The notes below the pieces were generated by a model. It saw only the letters and a list, made by a program, of their open reading frames with translations. It was not told where the DNA came from and ran no database searches. Position numbers and translations under genes: made by a program. From Candidatus Poseidoniaceae archaeon (lineage in GTDB: Archaea > Thermoplasmatota > Poseidoniia > Poseidoniales > Poseidoniaceae), in NCBI GenBank assembly GCA_965662895.1, contig CBFIJH010000010.1:1-64000 (forward strand): DNA of 64,000 nt, read 5' to 3'. How positions within the stretch are numbered: position 1 is the first letter of the stretch; each line of letters begins with the position of its first letter. This document shows, piece by piece, positions 29,352 through 39,050 of the stretch.

Positions 29352-30218
29352 TCATTGGTCTCGCCAATTTGGAGCATGTACGTCGGCATCTTTGTGCATT
29401 GCCAATATTTCAGCAAGAACGGCAATGGCAATCTCTTCAGGCGATTCAGCACCAATGTTCAATCCAATTGGGCATCGTACTTTGTCAAGCGTTGAGGATT
29501 GAATTCCAACTTCGATGCACGATTCCGTGAACGATTTCCACTTTGACCGACTACCGATAGCTCCAATGCGAGGAAAAGCCTTGCCATCGGGTGAAACGTC
29601 CGCAGCCTCTGCAAGTTGGAGTAGCCGTTGCAGTCGATCAAGATCTTCGGAGTAATCGTGCCCAAGCAAAAGAACATCTGAAAATCGCATCATTGATTCA
29701 ACCGTTTCTCCTGAGAAAAATTCATCCACAGTTGAATGAGATCGTTCGATAGCCTCTGGATAGAGTTCACTCGTTGTGAACGGTTCACGAGTGTCTTGAA
29801 CAGAGTAATTCCATCCCTTTTTTGGCAAGAGTTTGGTGATGGCTTCTGAGCAGTGTCCCCCTCCCATCAGTAGAATGTGTGGCATCGGTAGCATCAACTC
29901 AAGAGAAATGGTGACTTGTCCACCACAAAGTGAGTCGAGTGGTTGCACTTCATAGCCCTTCGCCCCTTTATTCAGACCAAAGGTGTGGACCTCAGATGTC
30001 GATTTTGATTGATGGATTAATTCTTTGCAGCGAGTGAGAATTCGATGTTCCAAACCGGCCCCTCCCACAGTTCCTACCCAGTTCTCGGACCGATTCATGG
30101 CCAAGCGTGCTCCAGATTTCCCAGGCACACTTCCTTTGGTCGCAACAACGGTAGCGAGAACAACGGGCGAATTGTTTTGCAGTTGTTCCAACATCCATGC
30201 TAGAACCCTCGCCGTCAT
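29352..30218 (-). CDS. XdhC/CoxI family molybdoenzyme maturation factor
   Basis: LATVVATKGSVPGKSGA, GTVGGAGLE, LCGG, IGAIGSRSK, PIGLNIGAESPEEIAIAV. Confidence 0.92.
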   Translation of the reverse strand: MTARVLAWMLEQLQNNSPVVLATVVATKGSVPGKSGARLAMNRSENWVGTVGGAGLEHRILTRCKELIHQSKSTSEVHTFGLNKGAKGYEVQPLDSLCGGQVTISLELMLPMPHILLMGGGHCSEAITKLLPKKGWNYSVQDTREPFTTSELYPEAIERSHSTVDEFFSGETVESMMRFSDVLLLGHDYSEDLDRLQRLLQLAEAADVSPDGKAFPRIGAIGSRSKWKSFTESCIEVGIQSSTLDKVRCPIGLNIGAESPEEIAIAVLAEILAMHKDADVHAPNWRDQ

Positions 30219-30254
30219 GGTAGCGCCTCCATGAACACACACATACGATTTGCG

Positions 30255-30839
30255 CTAGAACCAATCTTCCTCTGATGCGGCGAGAAGGGCCGTCAAGTCA
30301 GGCTCAGTGTCGATGTTGAGGTGAAGCCACTTGAACTCGACAAGTAGAGGCTCTCTTCGGACCAAAGAGGAGAGTGGGGCATCACGTTCAGCCAGATAAA
30401 CGGTATTGATGTCCTCTCCTACAAGAACAAGTGGATGGCCGCCGCGTTGGTTCCATACTGGACAAGCGCTGATGTCCGACTTCAACAGGTCTTGAACTAG
30501 TTCAATACTCCAACCTGGTCGATCTACAGGTGCGATGAGCACCTTTCGGGGCAATCGGCCATTTCGCTCGAGAATGCTTGCAAGTCCGCATTGAATCGAC
30601 CCTGTTCGACCTTTTTCAGGGTCAGGGTTCAGAACAACTTGAGCAGAGGGACATTGAAGCACAATGTCTGCAAGAAGGTCGGTGTTGGTCACGATTGTCA
30701 CCTCAACATACTTCAGACGAAGCAATCTGCTCACAAGTCGTTGAATCAAGGACTGGCCATGGACATCGACAAGAGCCTTTGGTTGACCGAGACGAGAAGA
30801 GCGACCAGCCGCTATGAGAATCACATCGATGGCGCCCAT
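30255..30839 (-). CDS. molybdenum cofactor nucleotidyltransferase (MocA/MobA-like)
   Basis: ILIAAGRSSRLGQPKAL, GRTGSIQCGL, PVDRP, GGHP, NIDT; adjacent to xdhC. Confidence 0.85.
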   Translation of the reverse strand: MGAIDVILIAAGRSSRLGQPKALVDVHGQSLIQRLVSRLLRLKYVEVTIVTNTDLLADIVLQCPSAQVVLNPDPEKGRTGSIQCGLASILERNGRLPRKVLIAPVDRPGWSIELVQDLLKSDISACPVWNQRGGHPLVLVGEDINTVYLAERDAPLSSLVRREPLLVEFKWLHLNIDTEPDLTALLAASEEDWF

Positions 30840-30905
30840 GTTCCAACGATGAACGGAACGATGTTGACAATTTCGGTTCATATACCGTGGGTATGAGATG
30901 GAATT

Positions 30906-31550
30906 GTGCTTCAAGACATCGAACCTACTCCACATGAGAAATCTCTGCGGTTTCTTCGCGATGTTTGCGCAATGGATGGCATTGAGTTAACCGAATCAGA
31001 ATCGACTCCAAGCATCACGGTTCGAGTGAGAGGACGTTCAAGACGTCATTATGAGATTTTAGCCTCACGTCAAGTCGGAATCCTCGTCGATGAACCGTGG
31101 ACGACGGAAATCACAGCTGCAGCATGGAAAAGTGACTTGATGTCGGAGCAGTCGCGTGCTTACACGGCAAAGCTGTGTCTGAATATCCATCGCGAAAAGG
31201 AGCATCTCCCATTAGGGGATCAACTCGCTGCCCTCGCACTTAGCCTCCATAACGACATTCAATTGGCAATGGACATTGCACTCGTCGCTCAGTTTATTGT
31301 TTGCCCAAGGGACGAACTCCTGAATGTCCATATCTTTCAAGATGAAATGGTTGTGACTGAAGAAATGATTGAAAATGGTGGTCCAAGTATTGATGTGAGT
31401 TTTGATGAAGGATTCGAATACGAGGATTTTTTCCAACACCTTTGCCCAGTCCATGAGCCTGAACATCTTGACCTTGAATTGGGCAGCAGTAATTGGGCTC
31501 AAGACTTGGAAGATGATCTTATGCAGCGTTACGAACGAATGAACATCTAA
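30906..31550 (+). CDS. hypothetical protein
   Basis: 214-aa ORF that fills the gap exactly; its GTG start is 24 nt after a TTCAT promoter-like motif. Confidence 0.65.
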   Translation: MLQDIEPTPHEKSLRFLRDVCAMDGIELTESESTPSITVRVRGRSRRHYEILASRQVGILVDEPWTTEITAAAWKSDLMSEQSRAYTAKLCLNIHREKEHLPLGDQLAALALSLHNDIQLAMDIALVAQFIVCPRDELLNVHIFQDEMVVTEEMIENGGPSIDVSFDEGFEYEDFFQHLCPVHEPEHLDLELGSSNWAQDLEDDLMQRYERMNI

Positions 31551-32699
31551 TCACAAATTTTTGGTGATTTCTCGACCAATAATCATACGTTGAACTTGAC
31601 TGCTTCCCTCGTAAATCTGCATCACCTTTGCACCGCGCATAAGTCGCGCAACGGGATACTCCTCTGAATATCCATATCCACCATAGACTTGGACTGCATC
31701 GGTAGCGATCTGCATGGCAGTATCGGCTGCAAATCGTTTTGCGTGGGCTGCAGACTCAGTGTTTTTGACACCTGCATCTGCATCCGCTGCAGATTTCCAG
31801 GTTAGCATACGGCTTGCTTCGATGTTGGTCTTCATATCTGCAAGCATGAATTGAATCGCCTGATGTTTATGCAAAGGCTTCCCAAACGTTTGGCGCTCGT
31901 GACTGTACTGTAGCGCATGCTCGTAAGCTGCACGTGAAAGCCCGGTTGCATGGGCTGCGATGTTGGGTCGGCTCAAATCAAATGCATTCATTGCATTCAT
32001 CCATCCACCTGATTCACTCTCTCCGACCAGTTGGTTCGCAGGGACCCGAACGTTGTTGAAGGTTATACTGCGTGTGTCACTGCAACGTTGCCCCATATTG
32101 GTCTCTTTCTTACCAAGCGAAAGTCCTTCAGCATTGGACTCTACAATGAATCCGGACATGCCTCGATATCCTGCATCAGGATCGGTTTTGGCCAGTACGA
32201 AGAAGAAATCTGCGTATCCGGCTCCAGTAATCCACATCTTCGATCCATTGATGATATAATCATCTCCGTCACGAACCGCCGTAGTCTGAATTGCTGCAAC
32301 ATCTGAACCAGCGCCTGGCTCTGTAACGGCGTACGAAGCGAGCGCTCCTTCTTCTGCAACTTTGCGTAACCAGACGTTCTTTTGCTCCTCTGTTGCTCCG
32401 GTAATAATCGGAGCGCATGCAAGGGCTGTAGCGTAAGCAGCGGTGGCGAACCCTGGATCGCCCCAAGCCAATTCCTCATTGACGAGCACTTCTTCCATGC
32501 AACCGAGACCAGGCCCTCCATATGCTTCAGGAATATGGAGATTGAGAAGACCCAATTCATGGGCCATTTGTATAGCCTCTTTCGGATAGATGGATTCCTC
32601 ATCCCAATGTTCTGCATGTGGGCGGATTTCGTCCCGTGCAAATTCGCGAGCAAGTTCACGCAACATCTCTTGCATCTCATCCAATTGGAAGTCGACCAT
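31551..32699 (-). CDS. acyl-CoA dehydrogenase
   Basis: YAVTEPGAGSD, INGSKMWIT, RQTFGKPL, QVYGGYGY, IYEGSSQVQR. Confidence 0.95.
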   Translation of the reverse strand: MVDFQLDEMQEMLRELAREFARDEIRPHAEHWDEESIYPKEAIQMAHELGLLNLHIPEAYGGPGLGCMEEVLVNEELAWGDPGFATAAYATALACAPIITGATEEQKNVWLRKVAEEGALASYAVTEPGAGSDVAAIQTTAVRDGDDYIINGSKMWITGAGYADFFFVLAKTDPDAGYRGMSGFIVESNAEGLSLGKKETNMGQRCSDTRSITFNNVRVPANQLVGESESGGWMNAMNAFDLSRPNIAAHATGLSRAAYEHALQYSHERQTFGKPLHKHQAIQFMLADMKTNIEASRMLTWKSAADADAGVKNTESAAHAKRFAADTAMQIATDAVQVYGGYGYSEEYPVARLMRGAKVMQIYEGSSQVQRMIIGREITKNL

Positions 32700-32746
32700 A
32701 CCATGCCCACATGGAAGTCGGACATAAGTCTTGATTTGGAATCAAG

Positions 32747-33850
32747 TCAACGATTCAGTTGCAAAACGACCAAGAAGATGAGATAAAACAAAACCATACA
32801 GGCACCTTCCCAGCGTTCGAACCTGTACGTTCGCCGCATGAAAAACAATGCGAGGAGTACACCGAGAACGGTTGCAGGAGCGATAATGTCCATGGTCAAA
32901 CCATTGTCTGACGGCGAGATAGATAAAGGATGAATCATCGAAGCGATACCAACGGAAAGAAGCGGATCGGTAATGTTCGACCCAATCAGTGTACCAATAG
33001 CAACGCCTTTGCTTCGTTTTGCGGCCATAATAGCGATTGTTAATTCTGGGAGAGAGGTTCCAATTCCAGACACTGTTGTTCCGATAACAGAATGTGGAAC
33101 CTTCAGTCGCTCTGCGAGCTCATAGGCTTGTTCAACGAGGATGTTCGCAGAATAGACAGCGAAAGCAAGTCCAAGAAAAATCATAATCATGTAAGCAGTT
33201 GAACTCCAGTTTGACCCTCGAACTTCGTATTCACCCGCTTCTTCAACCTCTTCCTGACGGATTGCCTCTCGCTTCATCAATAACCAAACAATGTACACGA
33301 CATAGAGCGATGCAAGGATGGCTCCTTCCCATCGCTCGAGCGAGTTGTTTGTCCAGACAAAAAACAGCATGAGGATGACCGCAAGCAGCATGATTACGCC
33401 ATCGCGATTCAGCCACGATGGTCGAACTTTCACCGCTCGAGTCATGACAACGATACCCAGGATAAGTGTGATTTGAACCAGAACTGAACCCAGAATACTT
33501 CCTATTGCAAAGTCAGCCGCTCCTTGTTTTCCTTGGCTTGCTTCGTATGCTGCACTTCCAGAGACAAGGATTTCGGGAAGGGAAGTCCCGATTGAAACAA
33601 TTGTTAACCCGATGACGATTTCTGCTATACCTGCGCGACGTGCAAGCCCTTTCGCCCCCTCGATGAAAAAATCAGCACTCGTGATGAGCAAACCGAGGGA
33701 AAGCAGAAGAATGATGCTCACAACAAGCATTGAGTTTGATTGTCCAAGATATTTGAGAAGGACAATCGCAAAGAAGAGAGCACCAGTGATTAACATAGCG
33801 TTGAAGTGTATGAGTTGAGGAATTCCCATCAACTCATCCTTCTGCTCCAT
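32747..33850 (-). CDS. Ca2+/Na+ antiporter (CaCA, YrbG-like)
   Basis: Two alpha repeats, GTSLPEI and GTSLPEL...GSNI. Confidence 0.92.
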   Translation of the reverse strand: MEQKDELMGIPQLIHFNAMLITGALFFAIVLLKYLGQSNSMLVVSIILLLSLGLLITSADFFIEGAKGLARRAGIAEIVIGLTIVSIGTSLPEILVSGSAAYEASQGKQGAADFAIGSILGSVLVQITLILGIVVMTRAVKVRPSWLNRDGVIMLLAVILMLFFVWTNNSLERWEGAILASLYVVYIVWLLMKREAIRQEEVEEAGEYEVRGSNWSSTAYMIMIFLGLAFAVYSANILVEQAYELAERLKVPHSVIGTTVSGIGTSLPELTIAIMAAKRSKGVAIGTLIGSNITDPLLSVGIASMIHPLSISPSDNGLTMDIIAPATVLGVLLALFFMRRTYRFERWEGACMVLFYLIFLVVLQLNR

Positions 33851-33930
33851 AATCCTCCCATGGGTTATGGGTTTTGATGCTTCTGTCCTTCTATGGAGGT
33901 AAGATGATGTTCTGATTTGTTTTCGATAGA

Positions 33931-34542
33931 ATGATGTGGAAACGCGGAAGCATCGAAGCCTTTGGAACCCTCATCATGGTTCTTGCTGGATGTGGAAGCG
34001 TTGCATTAGAACGATCAAGTGTTGAGGTTTCACTTGCCTTTGGAGCCTCTGTAGCCATCGTCATCTTAACCATCGGACGATGGACGGGAGCGCACATTAA
34101 TCCTGCAGTATCCATTGCATTCTGGTACAGAGGAGACCTTGCTTCGAAGGATGCAACAGCCCACGTGTTGGGTCAATTGATTGGTGCACTTTGTGCCGCT
34201 TTGATTCTTCAAGGTGCGGGTCCTACCACGCGAAATACATCGTGGATGAACCTAATTGGCATTGAAGTTCTCATCACCTTTGTTCTGATGGCATCGATTT
34301 TATGGATCATTCGTCAAACGGATGAATGGTTTCCAATTGCTGTTGTCGTTGGTTCAACCGTAGCAGTTCTTGCCTTTGTTTTTGGAAAATATACGGGTGC
34401 AAGTATGAATCCAGCTCGAACTTTTGGTCCAAATCTCATATCTGGTGATGTGACAATTATACCCATCTACTTTGTCTGCACGATAGTTGGGGCTTTGCTT
34501 GCAGTTGCAGCAGAGCGGTTCATTGCACCAAGTTCTGAATGA
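33931..34542 (+). CDS. aquaporin / MIP channel
   Basis: GAHINPAVS and GASMNPART (two NPA boxes). Confidence 0.93.
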   Translation: MMWKRGSIEAFGTLIMVLAGCGSVALERSSVEVSLAFGASVAIVILTIGRWTGAHINPAVSIAFWYRGDLASKDATAHVLGQLIGALCAALILQGAGPTTRNTSWMNLIGIEVLITFVLMASILWIIRQTDEWFPIAVVVGSTVAVLAFVFGKYTGASMNPARTFGPNLISGDVTIIPIYFVCTIVGALLAVAAERFIAPSSE

Positions 34543-37105
34543 CTCGTGTTACGTGTTCAACCGAAGGAATGGTGTGGTTTTCAAGTGGTGGAGAAAATGG
34601 TACTGGTGTATCTAAAGCACCAATAACGACCGGTTGGGCTTCGAGTTGGTAAAACGTCGATTCGAGAATCCGGGATTGAATGGTATGACCCAAACCTCCG
34701 TGCCATTGTCCTTCTTGCAGGACAACGAGTCGGCCAGTCTTTTGCACAGAGGCAATACAAGACGCTGCATCAAACGGCAAAAGGGTTCGCAAATCGAGAA
34801 TTTCAACCTCAATCCCACTTTTGCTAAGTTCTTCAGCGGCCTCTGCAGCAAGGTGTACCATCGCACCCCACGTGACAAGGGTTACGTCATCACCTTCACG
34901 ACGAAGGGACGCTCGACCAATTGAATGACGTTCCCCTTTCTCAATCGAATCGTGGACAGATTTTGTATCGACCTTTTGGTTGATGTTTTGGCCCCAACCC
35001 GTTTTTCCACCTCGCAATCCGTACAATCCAATATGTTCGAGAAACAAGACCGGATCATCAAGATGTGCTGCTTCAATCAACAAATCGTATGCATCCTGAG
35101 GAGTTGCAGGTGCAAGCACAACCAAACCTGGGTCATTTGCAAACCATGATTCAATCATGTTCGCATGAAATGGTCCTGAACGCGTTTTTGCTCCAAGTGG
35201 AATTCGAATGGTCATGGGACAGTCTGCGCCCCAACGCCATCTCAACATCGCTGCATTGTTGATGAGGGCATTGAATCCGAGTGCAGCAAAGCCTCCAAAT
35301 TGTATCTCGACCATGGGGCGCATACCCGACAAGGCTGCTCCAACCCCAGCATGAACGATGATCGCTTCGCAAAGAGGCATATCAACAAGTTTCTCTTGAT
35401 GACCTGCATTTTTGAGAGCCATATTCATTCCAAAGGCCCCTGCAACTTCCATATCTTCACCAATAAAGACGCAATCCTCTCCATAGGAATGCGCAATATC
35501 GACCATCGCTTGTTGAATCGCACGAGCATATGTCCATCCTCCGGTTTCGACATAATCGAGTGGATTGAAAGATGCGATGGATGCAACATCCGTGCTTATT
35601 TCCATTGCAGCAAGATGGTCCTCGTGGGTTCGTGCATCATGAAGCGAAGTGATTCCTTTGGTAACAGTCTCAGGTTTTGGCCATTCCATCTGCTCAACAA
35701 TTGTTCGTGCTTCATCAACAAGTTCTTGCTCTTCAGATTCCATTTGAGCAAGTTCTTCTTCGGTTATTCCGAGTGTCATTAACAGGGTTCGATGCGATGG
35801 AATCGGATCCTTATCGGCCCAATATTCCAATAAATCACGATCAACATATCCAGGTGGCGTACCTGTTTCAGAACCAAGATAGAGATCGTCATGGTGATGG
35901 GCGTGACCGCACCCACGCATGGTTTCGACATGGATCATGGTTGGCCCACCTCCTTCAAGTCCAAATTCACGAGCTGTCGCGACACTTGCATGCCATGCTG
36001 CTGGATCTGAACCGTCAATTGTCCATGAAGGGAAACCCATCGCCACAGCTTTGTCAGCCCACAATTCGACGCCGGACTGATGCGCTGGTGGCGTATCGAG
36101 TGCAATCTGATTGTTCTGAAGAATGTAGCAGATTGGTAGTCCTCGTGCACCCGCTAAGTTGATCGCTTCCCAATACTCACCAGAGGATGAGGCTCCTTCT
36201 CCAATGCATGCAACGTGGAAGCGGTCAAGCGATTGTTTCCAGCCCGCAAAAGCAAGACCTGTCATGGTTGCACTGGCAATGGGAAGAGGTGCTGTAGGTG
36301 GAAGTACACCAACGTGCCAAGCACCAATGTGAAGATCTCGTCCACCCGCTCCTTCGTGACCACCGTTCTGATTCGATCCTGCTTTACCCATCTGGGCGGC
36401 CATCACATCAACCACTGTATCACCCATCGCAAGACCAAGTCCGACATCTCGAATCATGGGTGCAACCAAGTCCCCATCGTATCCATTTCCAGGGGTATGC
36501 GCCTTGTTTGGTTCTTCAGTTCGCTTCAATGCGGTTGCAACAGCGACCACACCCTCTTGCCAAGTTGATCGAAATCCTTTACCCCCAAATCGAGAACCAT
36601 CGGGAGTTTCCATGCCGGAAAAAAACACCTCTTTCAGGTGCGCATCCATCGCCCGTGTACGGGTCATGAGCCTCTGCCACTCAAGACGATGGTCCATCGT
36701 TGTCGACATGTAGTGAGCAAGACGACGGAGACAAAGCCGAAGATCAACGATGAGATGCGAAATTCGGCGTTCAAGATGCTCAGTTATGCTACGTCGCGGC
36801 ATAACTTCTGCATCGAGAATGGTTGAGATCTTGTGCGAATTTTGGGCTTCAAATCCCCGTTTGAATGCATCAACAAACCGTTCACTAAACGCATGCCATG
36901 ATTCACCATCGAAAGAATGTTGACCATCGGCGTGGAGATGATCCCATATGTTTGCAGCAAGGAAAACGTGCCCTTCATGGCGCTCCGCAAAAAAACGCAT
37001 AACTTCAGCTCGTGCAGCATCAAAAAGAAGAGGTTGGCTGAAGGTTAACGCCACACGAGGCTTCCAGTCCGCTCCATGAATTTCCGGCTGTGCACCCTGT
37101 GTCAT
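34520..37105 (-). CDS. fused 2-oxoacid dehydrogenase E1 alpha+beta with N-terminal extension
   Basis: ThDP motif GEGASSSGE...NNQIA, RGCGH, DPI (alpha part); GEDM, EIQF, GPFH, LFLEH, LDLRTLLPFD (beta part). Confidence 0.88.
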   Translation of the reverse strand: MTQGAQPEIHGADWKPRVALTFSQPLLFDAARAEVMRFFAERHEGHVFLAANIWDHLHADGQHSFDGESWHAFSERFVDAFKRGFEAQNSHKISTILDAEVMPRRSITEHLERRISHLIVDLRLCLRRLAHYMSTTMDHRLEWQRLMTRTRAMDAHLKEVFFSGMETPDGSRFGGKGFRSTWQEGVVAVATALKRTEEPNKAHTPGNGYDGDLVAPMIRDVGLGLAMGDTVVDVMAAQMGKAGSNQNGGHEGAGGRDLHIGAWHVGVLPPTAPLPIASATMTGLAFAGWKQSLDRFHVACIGEGASSSGEYWEAINLAGARGLPICYILQNNQIALDTPPAHQSGVELWADKAVAMGFPSWTIDGSDPAAWHASVATAREFGLEGGGPTMIHVETMRGCGHAHHHDDLYLGSETGTPPGYVDRDLLEYWADKDPIPSHRTLLMTLGITEEELAQMESEEQELVDEARTIVEQMEWPKPETVTKGITSLHDARTHEDHLAAMEISTDVASIASFNPLDYVETGGWTYARAIQQAMVDIAHSYGEDCVFIGEDMEVAGAFGMNMALKNAGHQEKLVDMPLCEAIIVHAGVGAALSGMRPMVEIQFGGFAALGFNALINNAAMLRWRWGADCPMTIRIPLGAKTRSGPFHANMIESWFANDPGLVVLAPATPQDAYDLLIEAAHLDDPVLFLEHIGLYGLRGGKTGWGQNINQKVDTKSVHDSIEKGERHSIGRASLRREGDDVTLVTWGAMVHLAAEAAEELSKSGIEVEILDLRTLLPFDAASCIASVQKTGRLVVLQEGQWHGGLGHTIQSRILESTFYQLEAQPVVIGALDTPVPFSPPLENHTIPSVEHVTRVIQNLVQ

Positions 37106-37171
37106 AGCCCCGCCCCGTTCTTGCGAAGAAGCCCCTTGTTTCAAGGCTATGGATTCAAAATTGTGGAAGAA

Positions 37172-37978
37172 TTACTCATCCTCTCCAATGGTTTGTTTAA
37201 GGACACGAATTGAAGTTCTCGTGACAAGAACCGTCACGATGACAGTAGCGAGAATCCCAACCAGAAGCAAAACAAGGCCGCTATTTGATTGCGTTAATCC
37301 ACTCATTCCTGACTGACCAAGAGCAAGAGAACCGAGCGCATGTCCATAATATGCATAAATCAGACAGTAGATCAAACTCGAGGTGTTTGAAATCAAGAAC
37401 ACCCTTAGCGACACGGGTGTTGCTGACATAATGTAATTCAGCCATTCATCAGGAAGGATTGGTGAGAGACGGACCAGTACAGAAATACGCATCGCATCCT
37501 CTTCCAAAGCAGATTCAATGCTCAACATACGCTGGTCGTTCTGTATGGCTTCTCGAATCGAATCACGAAACAACCATCTTCCCAGAACAAAGGCCAAGAA
37601 ACCGCCAACCATCGATGCGACAAAGTTCACTGCCACTGCAATCCAGAAGGGGAAAATGGCTCCTGCTCCAACCTTAACGAATGGTGTTGGAAGCAAAAGA
37701 ACAATTCCAAGAGAAAGGGCAACCGTAAACAAGACTGGAGACCAAATTCCAAATCCCTTGAACCAGTCAATGATGTTGGAAGCATCTTGGAACAGGAAGT
37801 ACCCAGCAGTTCCACACAACATGAGTGCGATTAAACCAAACGCTGCACGCCATTGATACACGCCGACCTTCTGTTGTTTCATCTGCTGAAGATTCTTCCG
37901 ACCATCGATGAGGTGGAGTTCGGAGGGACGTGGAAATTGAGGTACAGAGGATTGTGAACGTTTGTTCAAACTTTTCAC
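37172..37978 (-). CDS. TVP38/TMEM64 (DedA/VTT) membrane protein
   Basis: AGAIF, AFVLGRWLFR, VLVRLSPILPDEWLNY. Confidence 0.85.
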   Translation of the reverse strand: MKSLNKRSQSSVPQFPRPSELHLIDGRKNLQQMKQQKVGVYQWRAAFGLIALMLCGTAGYFLFQDASNIIDWFKGFGIWSPVLFTVALSLGIVLLLPTPFVKVGAGAIFPFWIAVAVNFVASMVGGFLAFVLGRWLFRDSIREAIQNDQRMLSIESALEEDAMRISVLVRLSPILPDEWLNYIMSATPVSLRVFLISNTSSLIYCLIYAYYGHALGSLALGQSGMSGLTQSNSGLVLLLVGILATVIVTVLVTRTSIRVLKQTIGEDE

Positions 37979-39009
37979 TCCTCTTCTGATTCAGGTAAAG
38001 AAGAAAGAACATCACCAAGCATTTCTGCTGCGTCTTCGATTCGTGTCATGAGCGTCGTATCAGCAACTGCACCTGGGCGCCCAAGATCCCACATCAATTC
38101 GTGAACCATTTCGGTCGTCAACCGAGTCATTCGAAGAACTTGCGGATCGATTCTCTCCAAATCATCATCCGGCAGGAGTGCAACCTGTTCAGGAGCTTCA
38201 TCGAGAATGTCGTCCATCTTTGCTTCAATTTCATCAGCGATGTTCGCAGCTTGTTGTTCAAGAATGGATTCCATTCCACCTTGCGAAAGCGGTGTTGGTT
38301 GTTCGTTGAGATTACCGAGCGATTTTTTCTTCTTCAAGTCTTCAAACGAAGGTCCTTTGGCATCGCCAGTTTCGCTCCCATCTTGTACCAATTGATTCAG
38401 TGCAACTCGCAACAGATTGGAGAGATCTGTTGCTTCCAAGTCAAGATCGACCTCCATTCCTTGCTCTCCCATTTGTGCAAGAATATCGTTGATGAATGAT
38501 TCATTGATTCGATCGGGTCCGACAAGACCCTTGAGCATGGGAAGAGCCCATCCTCCTCCACCCGCCATAACTGCAACATCAAACGAGCCCCCTCCGGATT
38601 CGAGTGTCACATCTGCTGGCGGCGGGACAAATTGTTTGCGAGCATGTTTCCAAAGTTGTTCGGTCAGTGCCTTCATATCAACTGGTTTACCGATGACCTC
38701 GTGGATTCCTGCCTTCGCAGCGACGAGCATAAAGTCAGGACTTGTGGAACGTGAAAGGAGGACGATGCGACATTTGAAAGCAAACTCGGGGTCGCCCATC
38801 AATCGTTGAGCTGCATCAATCGCATCACCTGATTTCCACTCACCATCAAGCAAAACAACCTCTGGCATAACCGCAAGCGCTGTACCTTCCGCTTGTCGCA
38901 AGGTACCTGCTCGCGTTACGTCAAATCCTTCACGTTCAAGTGTTGATGCGAGAAGGGTTCGACGGCCCTGGTTCTCGTCAGCAACAATGACTTTGCCCAT
39001 GATGACCAA
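37975..39009 (-). CDS. response regulator receiver-domain protein
   Basis: KVIVADE, PEVVLLD, IVLLS, IGKP, followed by an acidic helical C-terminus. Confidence 0.75.
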   Translation of the reverse strand: MVIMGKVIVADENQGRRTLLASTLEREGFDVTRAGTLRQAEGTALAVMPEVVLLDGEWKSGDAIDAAQRLMGDPEFAFKCRIVLLSRSTSPDFMLVAAKAGIHEVIGKPVDMKALTEQLWKHARKQFVPPPADVTLESGGGSFDVAVMAGGGGWALPMLKGLVGPDRINESFINDILAQMGEQGMEVDLDLEATDLSNLLRVALNQLVQDGSETGDAKGPSFEDLKKKKSLGNLNEQPTPLSQGGMESILEQQAANIADEIEAKMDDILDEAPEQVALLPDDDLERIDPQVLRMTRLTTEMVHELMWDLGRPGAVADTTLMTRIEDAAEMLGDVLSSLPESEEE

Positions 39010-39050
39010 TATGAAACGAAGAGTCCGGCTCTTTGAACCTCACCCTCAAT

